The translations under genes were made by a program, and so were the position numbers. A stretch of 64,000 nt of DNA. Source: Squalus acanthias. Its lineage: Eukaryota. This document shows, piece by piece, positions 61,789 to 64,000 of this stretch; within the stretch, counting starts at the first letter, position 1; each line of letters starts with the position of its first letter. The notes under the pieces were generated by a model. The model ran no database searches. It was given only the letters and a program-made list of their open reading frames with translations, and was not told the DNA's origin. The DNA is taken from contig CM059431.1 in the NCBI GenBank assembly GCA_030390025.1, forward strand, positions 132,062,001-132,126,000, read 5' to 3'.

Positions 61789-63079
61789 TTTATTTCTCTT
61801 TCTGTACCTGATTTGACATTGAATTCACCCACTCTAATTCATACTTTCTTCTCAGTCCTTGCGCTGTTAATTTCACAATCCTTCAATCTGATTGGTTAAG
61901 GAGATACACAGTTGCTTGTCCTGTTCACTCAGGTCCCAGATGCCCGGTTTCCCTCGCTGTGACATTATCAACTCGCACTTTCAGCAACTTGCCATGCAAA
62001 AAATTTAAAAACCAAATGTGCAAGGGCAAATCTAACTAACGGCAGGTGCCATTAGATGCCCTGCCACAACAAATTATGGGCTGTTACTTTATTGTAAAAC
62101 TCCATGCGAACTTAATTAAACACTACATTAATAGGCAGTTAACAAGAATCTATTAGAACGTTTCTAATTCAAGCCCTAAATGAACAGCTAACTGCATACT
62201 CACACTTGGGCACTCGGCTGGGTTCGGATGCTTCTCCTGTTCTCCCAAAGTGACAAATTTCAAGAGCTTTTCCCTCTTTTTTATACCCATTCATTGCCCA
62301 TCTATGGTCATGCTTATGATTTCTACAATTCACTTAAGTCAGCAAATTTCAGCTTGTCACCCTTAGGCCATCAAATTTAACTTTTGTTGGACATTTATAA
62401 CCCTTCGGTTATTGAATAGATTGCTGAACATAAATGATTATAGAGGCTATGATCTCATCAATATCCTGTACCATTGTCTGAAAGTATAGGCAGTGATCAG
62501 CTATCTTTCATTACACATGTCAATGCTGGAATCCTTCCTGTCAGCTAGTAAAGTAAGAAACTTCTGCTTCCTGCTTGTTAGCATTAAGATTTTTTTTATC
62601 CTGAGTTAAAAATTTCAGAACGACCTCTTTAATTTACCCATATCGCTGCATTTTATTCTACCTACAATTCTTACATTAGACATTCTTCCTTGGTTTCAGT
62701 AAAAAAAACTACAAAAGCGAATATATGTATATACTCCAACACCTTGCTTTACCTGTCTCTTGTAACTTCTGTAAATACTCCTTTCCATCCTTCTTCTTTC
62801 CTAATGGTACATTTGCTAGTTCTCTTAAAGGGGACAATCACATTTTTGCCTTTTTTCTTCTCCAATTTAAATCGCGGATAAACAGGGTTTCTGCCACACT
62901 TTTGCCAAAGTTACGCTGGCAGAGTGGGAGCAGCTCCTAGGAAATTCTGGGCCCAGGTTTTATTCCTGACAGGTCTGTTAGATCATTGGACACCAATAAC
63001 AATTCTAGTTAATTTTCCATTATTGCCTCAAATTGTGTGCCTATAAGCTTACTCCTGTCCTCAACCATTTTATTAACCT

Positions 63080-63850
63080 CTCATCTCCAGCCACTATTCT
63101 TTCTTTTGGCAATTTGCTCATGTTTGCCCTATGTCTAAGAAGGGTGATCCCTCTTATCCTTCAAACAAATGCTCTAGTGTCATTTATTGGCACTTTCTAA
63201 GTTTATGAAATTAGCTGTTAGTCTCAAATTACCCATCACCTTTGAAGTTATGACTTACTCTACAATGACTAGTATGGTCCTCGGCATAGCTGTCCCACTG
63301 GCGATCTTCTTGGCTCTGTAAAGTAAATCTGGAGCTCTGATCCTGAACCCTTCTATTGCCTATCCATGCTGTGTTTGATGGCTCATCCTCTGATTATTCT
63401 TTTATTAATTCAGGCATTCCTCTGGGTTCTGGCCCCTCTCACACTCTGTTCTCCCATTTATTAAGTTACGTCCTGCATTTATTATTCAACACTAACCATT
63501 CTTTTGTGATGATTCTGCTCTATAGTCATCAAATTTATCTAGATCACTGGTCCTCAGTTTACAGAACCTCCATTCCTTTTATAATAGCTGAATTAATACA
63601 TGTTGGTCCTCTCTATAATCTGAAATAGAGCAATGAAAATCTTGTTTCTTTCAGTTCTTCATGTCTCCCAAGTCTAACCAAGGGCTCCCATCTCTTGCCT
63701 TTGATAGCTTTGCTCTTCGTACTTCTTCATCTATTGTCATTCTTGATGTTACTGTCTCCTTTGACAGGTGGATCTGTCATATCTCTTTAATTTCTATAGT
63801 TGTGCCAAACACTTTTTCATCTGATAGGGGATCTGCCCTTCATCTCTAGC
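63080..63850 (+). mobile_element. Very old non-LTR RT remnant
   Basis: AHVCPMSKKGDPSYPSN and INSGIPLGSG resemble the LINE motifs V.PI.KKG...P.NYRPI and NSGVPQGS. Confidence 0.5.
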
Positions 63851-64000
63851 TTCCATCCTGTCTCGCCATCACAAATTTTCTGTCATTATTTTATTGACTC
63901 TATAATGGTCAATGCGCCTCATAATTTTCCTCTGTTGGCTCTTGTAAAGAAACAAAATATTTGCATTATGCAGAGCTTTACTACAACTGTAAAATATCCC

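Overview
This window is eukaryotic, non-genic, repeat-dense DNA. The repeat set suggests a cartilaginous fish (shark-like); that is an inference from CR1 LINEs with an esterase ORF1, DeuSINE/SacSINE-like SINEs, Penelope elements and many Harbinger elements. No host protein-coding gene could be supported, so it is probably intronic or intergenic. Most of the window is nested transposable elements. (i) Many CR1 LINE copies, including one full-length but disabled copy at 49.6-54.0 kb with 76-bp TATA-bearing 5' monomers. (ii) A second CR1/jockey-group LINE family. (iii) A Penelope element with a GIY-YIG domain and minimal hammerhead-ribozyme motifs. (iv) A Gypsy fragment and a solo LTR. (v) A Tigger/pogo-like MITE. 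(vi) A large PIF/Harbinger radiation: one structurally complete 4.09-kb element (12582-16672; DDE transposase plus a convergent spliced Myb/SANT gene), several decayed relatives and about ten MITEs, most with 3-bp TSDs. The most interesting observations are a young MITE family built like a CpG-island promoter plus splice-donor cassette, a MITE inserted exactly into a Penelope hammerhead, a parent/deletion-derivative pair, and an unexplained 35-bp motif duplicated in unique DNA. Coordinates were counted by eye, and family names were not checked against any database.
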